DNA of 64,000 nucleotides from an uncultured bacterium (GTDB taxonomy: Bacteria > Krumholzibacteriota > Krumholzibacteriia > LZORAL124-64-63). Both the position numbers and the translations under genes were made by a program. The first letter of the stretch is position 1; each line of letters starts with the position of its first letter. The notes beneath the pieces were generated by a model. The model was given only the letters and a program-made list of their open reading frames with translations, did no database searches and was not told where the DNA came from. Below are positions 10,277 to 19,653 of the stretch, in pieces. The stretch lies in assembly GCA_963727525.1 (NCBI GenBank), contig CAVSGO010000007.1:256001-320000 (forward strand). Reading direction: 5' to 3'.

Positions 10277-12424
10277 ATGGTGGATCCCACTCGCGTGGGT
10301 TCCGGTCACTGGTGCAGTGGCCCATTCCTTCGCCATCGTGGCTCTCGATCTCCACGACCCTTCCTCTGGTTCGCGGTTCTGAGCGTCGTGCTCCGCGTCC
10401 TTGCGTCGCCCGCAGCCGCCAGGCCGGCAGTGACCGCCGCGGCGCCGGCCGACGGGGACGCCGCGGCGGCCGTGCTCGACACGGTCGTCGTGTCGGCGCC
10501 GGCGGTGCGGTCACCCGGGCTCTTCCCGAGCGCGCCGGGTGTGGCCACGGTGGTGCCGCTGGAGGACGCCACCGGCGGTGCCGACCTCGCCGAGCTGCTG
10601 GCCGGCGCGGCCGGCCTGCAGATGCGCCGCTTCGGCGGCCTCGGCGCTTATGCGCTTCCGTCGGTCCGCGGCTCGAGCGCAGCCCAGGTGGAGGTGCTCA
10701 TCGACGGGCTGCCCCTGGGCGACGCCCAGACCGGCGTCGTCGATCTCAGCGCGCTGCCGCTGGAACGCTTCGACCGCGCGGAGATCCACCGCGGCCTCGT
10801 GCCGGCCGGATTCGGCGGCGTTGGCGCAGCGGGTGCGATCGACCTGCGCACTCGCGACATCCCCGGCGGCCGCCTCGACGTGCGTCTCTTCGGCGGCAGC
10901 TTCGGCGACCGCGGTGCCCGGGCCACCGTCGCCGGAGCCACGTCCGGTGGCGGGCTGCGCGGCATGCTGCTGCTGCACGGCCGAGCCACGGACAATCGCT
11001 TCCGCTACCTCGACCATCACCAGACGTTCCTGACAACGGCCGACGACACCATCCGGGACCGTGTCAACGCCGAGCGACAGGAGGCCGGTTTCTATGGCCT
11101 AGGCGAGCTTGACGGCGGCACTGGGACCCTGCGCGCCTCGGCCGGCTTCTTCCGCCAGGACGCGGGGCGTCCGGGCCCTCTCGGTTTTCCGAGCCCGCAC
11201 GCCGGCCTGCGCCGTGACCGCTGGGACGGTCGCCTCACCGCGGCCACGCCGCGGCGTGACGTCACCCTTGATCTCGCCGCGAGTCGCCGCCGCGAGACGC
11301 TCGCCGACGGCGACGGTGAGGTTGGCTGGGACCCGCCGGGCGACACGCAAGCGACCAGCGACGAGGTCACCGCGCGTGCCATGTGGGCGCCCGTCTGGTT
11401 GCTCAGCGATCTGGTGCATGACCTGCCCGACCTGCTGCTCTCGCTCACTGCGGGCGGCGACTGGCGGCAGCAGGAGTACCGCGCAACGCAGCCCGACCGT
11501 ACCCTGCCACGGCGCGAGCGTACCACGACGTCGGCCTTCGCCTCCCTCGCCATCGACATGCCGCACCCCCGCCTGCGCGTCACGCCGGGCTGGCGCTGGC
11601 AGCGGGCGCGCGACGACTTCCCGCCCGTGCCCGATCTGCCCTGGCTGCCCGAGGGGCCGGCCGAGGCACACGTGAGCGAGGCCACCTCGCCGAGTCTGGG
11701 CCTCACCTGGCAAGCCGTGCCCGGCGCGTTGACGCTGGATGCGCACTGGCACGAGACGGTGCGTCAGCCCACCTGGGTGGAACTGTTCGGCGAGCCGGGC
11801 GGCCTCGAGGGCAACCGCGAACTCCAGCCCGAAGCGATCACCGGACGCGACGTGGGCGTCACCATGAGCGATCGGGATGCCGGCACGGCGTTACGCGTGA
11901 CGGTGTTCTCGCAGACCACCGAGCGCACGATCACCTGGCTGCAGAGCAGCCTCTACACGGTGAAGCCCGTGAACATCGGGCGCGCGCAGACGCGCGGGGT
12001 GGAGGTGGAGGCGCGCGGGCGGTTCCTCGAGGGCCTTGCCCTCACCGCCAACGTCACCGCACAGCGCGCCCGCGATCGTGGCCCCGACCCGGCGTACCGC
12101 GGCAAGGCCCTGCCCTACCTGCCGTCGCTGGAGCTGTTCGCCACCATCAGCCTCGATCGCGACACGGGCTGGGTTCCGACGGTCACCGTGCAGGCGTCGA
12201 GCAGCAATCCGCGCGATCGCTACAACCAGCCCGAGCAGCGGGCGCCTGCACGCAGCCTCGTGCATCTGGCGCTGGCCCGCACCTGGCGTGGCGGCGTCTG
12301 GGGCGCCGGGCGCGTCGCCACGCTCACCGGCGAGATCATGAACGTCACGGACAACACCGTCACCGATGTCGAGGGCTACCCGCTGCCCGGGCGCAGTGTC
12401 CGCGTCTCGCTCGCGTGGCGCTGA
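10277..12424 (+). CDS. TonB-dependent receptor, BtuB-like cobalamin transporter
   Basis: TonB box LDTVVVSA, plug SVRGSSAAQVEVLIDG, C-terminal YPLPGRSVRVSLAWR; follows B12 riboswitch; start uncertain. Confidence 0.88.
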   Translation: MVDPTRVGSGHWCSGPFLRHRGSRSPRPFLWFAVLSVVLRVLASPAAARPAVTAAAPADGDAAAAVLDTVVVSAPAVRSPGLFPSAPGVATVVPLEDATGGADLAELLAGAAGLQMRRFGGLGAYALPSVRGSSAAQVEVLIDGLPLGDAQTGVVDLSALPLERFDRAEIHRGLVPAGFGGVGAAGAIDLRTRDIPGGRLDVRLFGGSFGDRGARATVAGATSGGGLRGMLLLHGRATDNRFRYLDHHQTFLTTADDTIRDRVNAERQEAGFYGLGELDGGTGTLRASAGFFRQDAGRPGPLGFPSPHAGLRRDRWDGRLTAATPRRDVTLDLAASRRRETLADGDGEVGWDPPGDTQATSDEVTARAMWAPVWLLSDLVHDLPDLLLSLTAGGDWRQQEYRATQPDRTLPRRERTTTSAFASLAIDMPHPRLRVTPGWRWQRARDDFPPVPDLPWLPEGPAEAHVSEATSPSLGLTWQAVPGALTLDAHWHETVRQPTWVELFGEPGGLEGNRELQPEAITGRDVGVTMSDRDAGTALRVTVFSQTTERTITWLQSSLYTVKPVNIGRAQTRGVEVEARGRFLEGLALTANVTAQRARDRGPDPAYRGKALPYLPSLELFATISLDRDTGWVPTVTVQASSSNPRDRYNQPEQRAPARSLVHLALARTWRGGVWGAGRVATLTGEIMNVTDNTVTDVEGYPLPGRSVRVSLAWR

Positions 12425-12441
12425 CCCGCAAGGAGCTGCCG

Positions 12442-13803
12442 ATGCGATACCTCCTCGTTCCCTGTGCGCTCTTCCTGGCCTCGGCCGTTTCCGCGTCCGC
12501 GTGGACGGAGGGCGCGATCATCACCTCCGACTACAGCGGCAGCGGCGCCGTGAGCACCTTCCTGCGCGACGACCCATGGACCGTCAGCCCGGATCGCGCG
12601 ACGGTTTATCGCGACGCCGTGGCGCACTGGCACGACGGCCTGCTCTACGTCGTCAATCGCGCGGGGGCGGACAACATCCAGGTGCTCGATCCGGCGGCCG
12701 GCTATCAGACCGTGCGGCAGTACAGCCTGGGCACGAACCGGGGCTTGCACGACATCGCCTTCGATACCGAGGGCGAGGCCTACGTGGCGTGCTACGACAC
12801 CGCCGAGCTGCTGCGGATCGATCCGGTCAGCGGGCAGATTCTCGACGTGATCTCCACGGCCGCATGGGCCGATGCCGATGGTCGTCCCGAGACGGGCCAG
12901 CTCCTGGCTGTCGGCGACCGGCTGTTCATCACCTGCGAGCGCCTCGACCGCGGCCACTACTACCAACCCGTCGGCGACAGCTACCTGCTGGTTTGGGACA
13001 TGGCTGCCGAGGCGTGGGAGGGCAGCATCCTGCTCGCGGGGACCGATCCCTATGCCCGGCCTTTCTACGATGGCCAGTATCTCCACGTCGCCTGCATCGG
13101 TGTGTATGGCGTGCTCGACGCGGGGGTCGACGTCGTCGATCCGGTGTCGCTCACGTCCCTCGGATTCGAGATCACGGACGCGCTCGCCGGCGGTGACGTC
13201 CTGGACATCGAGCCGGGGCCGGGCGGCTGGCGCGAGGTCATCGTCAGCGACACGGCGCTGCAGACGAGCGTACGGCGCTACCGAGCGGGCGAAGGCGCGG
13301 CGGCGGTGATCCTGCCCACGAGCGCCTACGACTACGCCGACCTCGCGTTCGACGGCGACTTCCAGCTCTATGTCGCCGACCATTCGGCGTCGGCGCCCGG
13401 CCTGCGGGTCTTCGATGCCGTCAGCGGCGCGGAGCTGACATCGGCGCCCCTCGCCACCGGCTTGCCGCCCGTGTCGATCGTTCTGCCCGAGGGCGCGGTG
13501 GTCGCGGCGCCCGACCTGCCGTCGCCGCACCTGCAACTCGCGGCGCCGTGGCCGAATCCGGCCAACCCTGCCACGCAGGTGGCCTGGACGGCCTCGGCCG
13601 GACAGGCGGTGACGCTGCGCGTGCTCGATCTGCGGGGCCACGAGTTGCAGCGCGTGGCGCGCGTCACCGACGACAGGGGCCACGGGACTTGGCGCTTCGA
13701 CGGTCTCGACGACTGCGGGCGCCGCGTCGCCTCGGGAACTTACCGTCTGGTGGTCGAGGGTGCCGGAGGCTTCGCCGCGCGCAGCTTCAGCCTCGTGCGC
13801 TGA
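12442..13803 (+). CDS. Secreted beta-propeller (YncE/BtuG-like) with FlgD-Ig C-terminal domain
   Basis: AAGGAG RBS, signal peptide, propeller repeats (LYVVNR, AYVACY, LFITCE, LYVAD), PWPNPANP..DG.D..GRRVASGTY tail. Confidence 0.75.
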   Translation: MRYLLVPCALFLASAVSASAWTEGAIITSDYSGSGAVSTFLRDDPWTVSPDRATVYRDAVAHWHDGLLYVVNRAGADNIQVLDPAAGYQTVRQYSLGTNRGLHDIAFDTEGEAYVACYDTAELLRIDPVSGQILDVISTAAWADADGRPETGQLLAVGDRLFITCERLDRGHYYQPVGDSYLLVWDMAAEAWEGSILLAGTDPYARPFYDGQYLHVACIGVYGVLDAGVDVVDPVSLTSLGFEITDALAGGDVLDIEPGPGGWREVIVSDTALQTSVRRYRAGEGAAAVILPTSAYDYADLAFDGDFQLYVADHSASAPGLRVFDAVSGAELTSAPLATGLPPVSIVLPEGAVVAAPDLPSPHLQLAAPWPNPANPATQVAWTASAGQAVTLRVLDLRGHELQRVARVTDDRGHGTWRFDGLDDCGRRVASGTYRLVVEGAGGFAARSFSLVR

Positions 13804-13894
13804 TCCCCGTCCGCACCCTCCACGCTTGCGATCCGCCCCCGAATGGTGGACATTCGAGGGCGCTGACGATGTCCCTACCGGGGAGAAACGAGCC

Positions 13895-14497
13895 ATGACC
13901 CGCATCTACACCCGCACCGGCGACGGTGGCGAGACCGGCCTCTTCGGCGGTGGCCGCACGGCCAAGAGCGACCCGCGGGTCGATCTCTACGGCGAGGTGG
14001 ACGAGCTGAACAGCGCCCTGGGCGTGGTCCGCGCCCACCTGGAGCCCCAGCTCGCGGCGCAGCCGGCCCTCGCCGCTCTCGATGCCGACCTCCTCGCGTT
14101 CCAGAGCGATCTCTTCGAACTCGGCGCCCTGCTCGCGGATCCCGAGCGCTGCCGGCGGCTGCGCGATGCCGCGCCCACCGAGCTGGGCATCGACGGCCCG
14201 GCCCTCGAGCCCGTGATCGACCGGCTGGAGGACGGGCTGCCCCCGCTACGCGCCTTCATCCTGCCGGGGGGCGACGCCGCGGCGGCGGCCCTCCACCTGG
14301 CGCGCACGATCTGCCGCCGTGTGGAACGCAAGGCCGTGGCGGCCGTGCACGCGCAACTCGAGGTGCCGGACGGCGTGATCGTCTATCTCAATCGCCTGAG
14401 CGACCTCCTGTTCGTCGCGGCGCGCCGCGTCAATCACGAGCGCGGCCGTGACGACGTCATCTGGCCCGGTCGTCGTCAGGATCCTGACCCGAGGTGA
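13895..14497 (+). CDS. ATP:cob(I)alamin adenosyltransferase, PduO type
   Basis: IYTRTGDGGET, GEVDELNS, FILPGG, ARTICRRVER, YLNRLSDLLF. Confidence 0.95.
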   Translation: MTRIYTRTGDGGETGLFGGGRTAKSDPRVDLYGEVDELNSALGVVRAHLEPQLAAQPALAALDADLLAFQSDLFELGALLADPERCRRLRDAAPTELGIDGPALEPVIDRLEDGLPPLRAFILPGGDAAAAALHLARTICRRVERKAVAAVHAQLEVPDGVIVYLNRLSDLLFVAARRVNHERGRDDVIWPGRRQDPDPR

Positions 14498-14500
14498 TCC

Positions 14501-15160
14501 GTGGTCCCGCGCCTGCTGCGCCGCTTCGAGAAAATCGCCCCCGCCGACGCGAATAACGGGTCGGCCGCCGGGTTACCACCCCCGTTCGTCGATGCCGCCG
14601 CGGCCACGGCCGCGGACGGCGATCCGGATCAGGGCGACATCGTCCGTTTTCTGGATGGAGATCCGCGGGGGTTCGAGGCGCTCATGGAGCGGTACCGACG
14701 GCAGGCATACGGCATCGCCCTGGGGCTGTGCGGCAACCATGACGACGCCATGGACGCGGTGCAGAAAGCGTTCATCCGCATCCATCGCTCGCTCGGCCGG
14801 TTCCGGCTCGGGGCGCCGTTCTTCCCGTGGCTCTACCGGATCGTGCGCAACGCGGCGCTCAACCAGCGCCGCGACGAGAAGCGCCACCGCGGCGAGATGC
14901 CCCTGGAGTGGGTCACGCGCCCGGCGGACGATCCGAACCCGCTGGAGGCAGCCGTGGCCGATGACCTGGCGGTCCGCCTCTGGGCCGGTATCCAGGGACT
15001 GTCGCCCGAGCTACGCGAGGTGTTCATGCTCTACCATTTCCAGGGCTTGAAGTATCGCGAGATCGCCGCTGCCGTGGACATCCCGATCGGCACCGTGATG
15101 TCGCGCTTGCACGCCGCGCGGCGCCAGCTCCGCGCCGGCATCGGCGAGGTGGGGGACTGA
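14501..15160 (+). CDS. ECF RNA polymerase sigma factor
   Basis: DAMDAVQKAF, WLYRIVRN, YREIAAAVDIPIGTVMSRLH; start uncertain. Confidence 0.92.
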   Translation: MVPRLLRRFEKIAPADANNGSAAGLPPPFVDAAAATAADGDPDQGDIVRFLDGDPRGFEALMERYRRQAYGIALGLCGNHDDAMDAVQKAFIRIHRSLGRFRLGAPFFPWLYRIVRNAALNQRRDEKRHRGEMPLEWVTRPADDPNPLEAAVADDLAVRLWAGIQGLSPELREVFMLYHFQGLKYREIAAAVDIPIGTVMSRLHAARRQLRAGIGEVGD

Positions 15161-15624
15161 TGCGCGCTCCTCATGAATACCAACCTGAGCGCGACGCGCC
15201 CCTGCTCTCCGCGTACGTCGACGGCGAACTCGACGCCGCCGACGCGGCACTGGTCGAGGGCTGGGTCGCGGCGCATGACGAGGTGCGGCGCGAGGTGGAT
15301 CGCCTGCGCGCCTTCGTCACCTTGACGAGCCGCCTTCGCCTGCGCGACGCGCCACCCGAGGCATGGGAGGTGTTCTGGCGTCGCTCCTACAATCGCGGCG
15401 AGCGCCGGCTCGGCTGGATCCTGTTCATCGTGGGCGTGGCCGTCGTCGGCGGCTGGGCGTTCGGCAACGCCGTGGCCAGCGTGCTGCACCGCGTCCACCT
15501 GCCGACCGTCGTGAAGATCGGCACGGGCGCCGTGGGCGCGGGGCTGCTCATCCTCATGGTTTCCGTGCTGCGCGAGAGCTGGTACGCGCGCAACCACTCA
15601 CGGTACAAGGACGTCATTCGCTGA
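15160..15624 (+). CDS. Membrane anti-sigma factor
   Basis: LLSAYVDGEL N-terminus plus two TM helices; TGATG overlap with the sigma gene. Confidence 0.85.
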   Translation: MRAPHEYQPERDAPLLSAYVDGELDAADAALVEGWVAAHDEVRREVDRLRAFVTLTSRLRLRDAPPEAWEVFWRRSYNRGERRLGWILFIVGVAVVGGWAFGNAVASVLHRVHLPTVVKIGTGAVGAGLLILMVSVLRESWYARNHSRYKDVIR

Positions 15625-15635
15625 CGGAGGCGGAC

Positions 15636-15968
15636 ATGCTACTGACCACCATCGAATCCATCCCGGGCAAGCGAGTCGTCAAGGTCATCGGCATGGTGAA
15701 GGGCAACACCGTGCGCTGCCGCGACATTGGACACGACTTCATGGCCGGGCTGAAGAACATCGTCGGCGGCGAGGTGAGCGACTATACGAAGATGATCGCC
15801 GAGAGCCGCGAGGAGGCGCTGGACCGCATGACGGCGCAGGCGGCGGCGAACGGCGCCAACGCCATCGTGTGCGTGCGATTTGCGACGAGCGAGATCATGA
15901 CACATGCCTCGGAGCTGCTGGCATACGGGACGGCGGTCATCGTCGAGGACGATCTCCCACCGCGCTGA
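15636..15968 (+). CDS. YbjQ/UPF0145 family protein
   Basis: AGLKNIVGGE..Y, SREEALDRM, GANAIV, AYGTAV; GGAGG RBS. Confidence 0.92.
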   Translation: MLLTTIESIPGKRVVKVIGMVKGNTVRCRDIGHDFMAGLKNIVGGEVSDYTKMIAESREEALDRMTAQAAANGANAIVCVRFATSEIMTHASELLAYGTAVIVEDDLPPR

Positions 15969-15989
15969 GGATCCGGACGGAGAAAATGA

Positions 15990-16017
15990 AAGAGCGCCGC
16001 TCACGAGCGGCGCTCTT
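15990..16017 (-). terminator. Intrinsic terminator (probably bidirectional)
   Basis: AAGAGCGCCGCTC-ac-GAGCGGCGCTCTT with a U-rich tail on the minus strand. Confidence 0.8.
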
Positions 16018-16052
16018 CAAGTCGCAGCGACCAGGGGACGCCGGCTGCTTTC

Positions 16053-16226
16053 CTACTCCATCACGATGGCGGTCTCGGGGCAGACGTCGACGCACGCCTC
16101 GCAATCGGTGCACTCGTCGGCATTCACGAACGCCTTCCCATCCACCAGGCTGATGCACTCGACGGGACAGGTCTCGATGCAGTCCTCGCACGCTGTGCAC
16201 TTCTCGGGGTTGACTATGGCGGCCAT
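16053..16226 (-). CDS. 2x[4Fe-4S] ferredoxin, 57 aa (not in ORF track)
   Basis: MAAIVNPEKCTACEDCIETCPVECISLVDGKAFVNADECTDCEACVDVCPETAIVME; two CxxCxxCxxxCP motifs; GAGGAGG RBS. Confidence 0.95.
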   Translation of the reverse strand: MAAIVNPEKCTACEDCIETCPVECISLVDGKAFVNADECTDCEACVDVCPETAIVME

Positions 16227-16284
16227 TGACTTTCCTCCTCGGCACGGTCATTCCGCAGCCGCACGTCGCGGCCATCTTGCGGCA

Positions 16285-16313
16285 ATAATGGGCAGGCCGG
16301 GCAGCCAAGTCAA
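16285..16313 (-). promoter_or_regulatory. Sigma70-like promoter for the ferredoxin
   Basis: TTGACT-N17-CATTAT on the minus strand. Confidence 0.55.
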
Positions 16314-16366
16314 ATCCGCTCCGGTTGCCTTCAGGAGGCAAAAACGTTGACATGGAAGGGTAGGTT

Positions 16367-16840
16367 TCAGGCGCTCCCGCGTCGCAACAGACGCCCCAGC
16401 GCGAAGCGATCCGAAGCGGCCAGCAACGGCACCAGGGCCGCGGCGAGCAGGATCGCGTCGCGGACGAGTAACGAGACGCCCACCTCGTGCCCGCCCTCGG
16501 TGTGGAAGCAGCCGCAGGAGATATCGAGACCGCGCGCCAGGGCCACGGCGATGGCCACCATGAACACGACGAGCAGAATCACCGCGAGCAGGGCGGCGCC
16601 GCGGCGGGCGACACCGAAGACGAGGGCGAGGCCCAGCACGCACTCCACCATCGGCATGAGCAACGCGAAGGGATGCAGCAGGACGAGGGGGACCATGTGG
16701 TAGTTGTGGATCGCCGTCGCGAAGGCCGCGGGATGCGTGAGCTTGTCGAGGCACGCGTAGAGGAACACGCCACCCACGCCGAGCCGGCAGACGAGCGCCA
16801 GGAGATCGCGCCCCAGCGCGGGTGACGAGGCAGTGGTCAC
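16367..16840 (-). CDS. MauE/DoxX family membrane protein
   Basis: RLGVGGVF..DKL..P..F, four TM helices, RGLDISCGCF. Confidence 0.88.
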   Translation of the reverse strand: MTTASSPALGRDLLALVCRLGVGGVFLYACLDKLTHPAAFATAIHNYHMVPLVLLHPFALLMPMVECVLGLALVFGVARRGAALLAVILLVVFMVAIAVALARGLDISCGCFHTEGGHEVGVSLLVRDAILLAAALVPLLAASDRFALGRLLRRGSA

Positions 16841-17328
16841 GGTGTGTCGCCTCCCATCAGCGGCCCGCCCTCGCGACGCCAGGCCGGCAAGCCGCCGTCG
16901 AGGATCCTGAGGTTCGTGTAGCCGCGTTCGAGGAATCGCGAGGCCGCCGCCGACGCGAGTTGCATCGTGCCGTCGTCGTAGAGAACCAGGGTGTCCTCGG
17001 GATAGATGAAATCGAGCACGGCGGCGAGATCGTCGTCGAACGTGCTGGCGCAGACCGTGAAGGCGCCAGGGATCGTCGACCTGGGATCGTCGGGCCGCGT
17101 GTCGACGAAGAGATCGGTGCCCGCGTCGAAGAGCCCGCGCGCCTCGGCCGCGCTCACCACGGGCGCGGGCAACTTCAGCTCGTAGACCTCGGCCTGGGCG
17201 CGTAGCGGCAGGCGATCAGGGCGCACCAGGGTGACCACCGCGACCAGGACCACGGCGATGCCCACCAGAGCGAGAGCCTGGCGGGTGGCCGTGGCCCATA
17301 TGGCGTGCGGATGGGGACGGGTGGTCAC
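16837..17328 (-). CDS. Membrane-anchored rhodanese-like protein (active-site Cys absent)
   Basis: FVDTRP, IPGA, LVLYDDG, ILDGGLPAW. Confidence 0.8.
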   Translation of the reverse strand: MTTRPHPHAIWATATRQALALVGIAVVLVAVVTLVRPDRLPLRAQAEVYELKLPAPVVSAAEARGLFDAGTDLFVDTRPDDPRSTIPGAFTVCASTFDDDLAAVLDFIYPEDTLVLYDDGTMQLASAAASRFLERGYTNLRILDGGLPAWRREGGPLMGGDTP

Positions 17329-17337
17329 CTGCGGCCT

Positions 17338-18348
17338 CTACAATCGCACCATGTAGCTCACGTGGACCGTGAGTACCGGTGACGACGGCAGATCCGTGTG
17401 GATCGTCAGCTCGCCCTTCATGCGGCCGTGATTGGCCTGCAACGTCGCGTCGTCCTCGGGCAGAGCGTTGCCCTCGATCACGGCCTGCCACTCGGTACCC
17501 GGAATGGAGTTCTTCACGGACGCCTTGAGTCCGGGGATGTCGATCTCCGCGCCGGTCAGGTTGAAGTGCGTGCCCTTGTCATAGGCCCCCACGCGAATCT
17601 GCGAACGCAGCGGTTGCCCGGCCTGAACGTAGTTGAAGTTCACGCGATCGCGGCCAAGGATGAGATCCTGGATCACCATGGCGCCGACCTCGAGCGTCAC
17701 GGTCGGCTCGTCCGCGAGGTTCGTGCCGAGGATCAGCGTGGTGCGCTTGCGCCCCGGCGGCGTGTCGGCGCGCAGCGTGAAATTCACCTTGCTGCGCTGC
17801 TTGTCGCCGTCGACGCCGTTCTTGATGTCCACGTCGACGAAGTCCGGCTTGTCCTTCACCGACATCTTCAGGGCCGGGACGTCCTCCGTCCAGAACGTCC
17901 ATTCCTTCGTGCTGGTGTTGCCCGACTTGGTGACCTCGAAGCCGAGCGAGCGGCCGGGAGGATCGTTGTAAAGCGGCACCTTCACGTCGGCGGTGATCAT
18001 CACGTCGACGTCGCCGAGCTTGGGGTCGTCGGAGAAGATGTTGATGAACTTGGTTTGCGGTCCCTGGAAACTCTTGCTGTTGAAATCGACGGCGATCGTG
18101 GTCGATTCCCCAGGGCCGAGCGTGTCCTTCGCCAGCTCGGCTACGGTGCAGCCGCACGTCGTCTCGACGTTGCGGATATTCAAAGGCGCGTCGCCTTCGT
18201 TGGCGATGGTCAGGGTCGCCTGTTTGGCCTCGTTCTGCTTCATGTCTCCAAAGTCGATATGCAATGGTTCCACCCGGATGACCGGAGCGGCGATGGCGGC
18301 TGCGGCCGTCGTGAGCGAGATGACCAGGGCGATGCTGAGGCTGCGCAT
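17338..18348 (-). CDS. Exported DUF1573 (Ig-like) domain protein
   Basis: Signal peptide; DFG..N.GDAPLNI..VETTCGCT..LGPGES. Confidence 0.8.
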   Translation of the reverse strand: MRSLSIALVISLTTAAAAIAAPVIRVEPLHIDFGDMKQNEAKQATLTIANEGDAPLNIRNVETTCGCTVAELAKDTLGPGESTTIAVDFNSKSFQGPQTKFINIFSDDPKLGDVDVMITADVKVPLYNDPPGRSLGFEVTKSGNTSTKEWTFWTEDVPALKMSVKDKPDFVDVDIKNGVDGDKQRSKVNFTLRADTPPGRKRTTLILGTNLADEPTVTLEVGAMVIQDLILGRDRVNFNYVQAGQPLRSQIRVGAYDKGTHFNLTGAEIDIPGLKASVKNSIPGTEWQAVIEGNALPEDDATLQANHGRMKGELTIHTDLPSSPVLTVHVSYMVRL

Positions 18349-18530
18349 GGGTCCCTTCCTCGTGTAGGGCGGTGTGGCAGGTCGCGAGATCCGGGCATGA
18401 ACGTGACCCGTTCGCGAAAGTTCCCCGCCGCCGGTCCCGGCCTCGCGCCGGGGCCCCCCACAATTTTGGCACTTTCCCGTTTCGCGGCAAGCCCTTACGC
18501 TGGAGGCACGTGAACAGGGAGGTGAGCGGG

Positions 18531-19547
18531 ATGCATGGCGACAAGCGCCTGAGCACGCTGACCCGCGGGGCCGGGCTGCTGACGCTCGTCCTTGCCGGCG
18601 GGACGATAGGCTTCATGGTGCTGGAGCGCTACACGCTCCTCGACGCCCTCTACATGACGGTGATCACGATCAGCACGGTCGGATTCGGCGAGGTCCGGCC
18701 GCTCGATCGCAGCGGGCACCTCTTCGTCATCCTCCTCATCATCACCGGGCTGGCCGTGGTCGGCTACACCCTGACCTCGCTGGGCCAGGCGATCGTGGAA
18801 GGCTCCGTCCAGCGCATGTTCTGGAGGCGACGCATGATGCGCGAGATCGAATCGATGCGCGATCACTACATCGTATGCGGCCACGGACGCATGGGGCGCG
18901 TCGTCTGCCGCGAATTGAAGGAGGAGAAGGTCCCGTTCCTGGTCATCGAGCGCGACGCCGACGCGGCCGCGCTCCTGCATGATCGCGGCTATCGCGTGGT
19001 GCAGGGCGATGCCACCGAGGACGAGGTGCTCGCCCGTGCCCGCGTTGACCACGCTCGCGCCCTGGTCTCTGTCGTCTCGCGCGATGTGGACAACCTCTAC
19101 ATCACGCTGTCGGCGCGAGAGATGTGCCGCCAGGATAATGCCGGGCTGTACATCCTCGCCCGGGCGAGCGATGCGCGCGACCGCCGTAAGCTCCAGCACG
19201 CCGGCGCCAACCGCGTGATCTCGGCCGACGAGATCGGGGCCATGCGCATCGTCCAGGCGTTGCTGCGGCCCACGGTCTTCGATTTCATGGAGGTGACGAC
19301 CACCAGCAGCCATCTCGAACTCATGTTCGAGGAGATGACCGTCGGCCCGGCCAATCACCTCGCTGGCAGCAAGTTGCGCGATTCCAGCATCCGGCAGAAC
19401 TATGACGTGATCATCATCGCCGCCAAGAAGGCCGACGGCACCATGGTCTTCAATCCGGGTTCCGAGTACATGCTCGAGGCGGGCGACGTGCTGATCACCC
19501 TGGGCAACAAGGACCAGCTCGGCCGCCTGCGCCGCGCCCTCGCCTGA
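18531..19547 (+). CDS. Potassium channel with TrkA-N/TrkA-C (RCK) domains
   Basis: TISTVGFGE selectivity filter, CGHGRMG, GDAT; start could be GTG 18510. Confidence 0.93.
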   Translation: MHGDKRLSTLTRGAGLLTLVLAGGTIGFMVLERYTLLDALYMTVITISTVGFGEVRPLDRSGHLFVILLIITGLAVVGYTLTSLGQAIVEGSVQRMFWRRRMMREIESMRDHYIVCGHGRMGRVVCRELKEEKVPFLVIERDADAAALLHDRGYRVVQGDATEDEVLARARVDHARALVSVVSRDVDNLYITLSAREMCRQDNAGLYILARASDARDRRKLQHAGANRVISADEIGAMRIVQALLRPTVFDFMEVTTTSSHLELMFEEMTVGPANHLAGSKLRDSSIRQNYDVIIIAAKKADGTMVFNPGSEYMLEAGDVLITLGNKDQLGRLRRALA

Positions 19548-19609
19548 GGGCGAGCCACCGGATCGCGATCGCACCGGTGGCGGTGTCGCCGGACCGCGTT
19601 AATTTGCTC

Positions 19610-19634
19610 AAAGTTGATCAAGGTGGTCAAGTAT
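19610..19634. promoter_or_regulatory. Putative Rrf2-family (IscR/CymR-like) operator overlapping a TATACT -10 box
   Basis: AAAGTTGATCAAGGTGGTCAAGTAT, an imperfect 25-bp dyad in an AT-rich patch upstream of cysK. Confidence 0.5.
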
Positions 19635-19653
19635 ACTGTCCAGGAGAGGGCCC

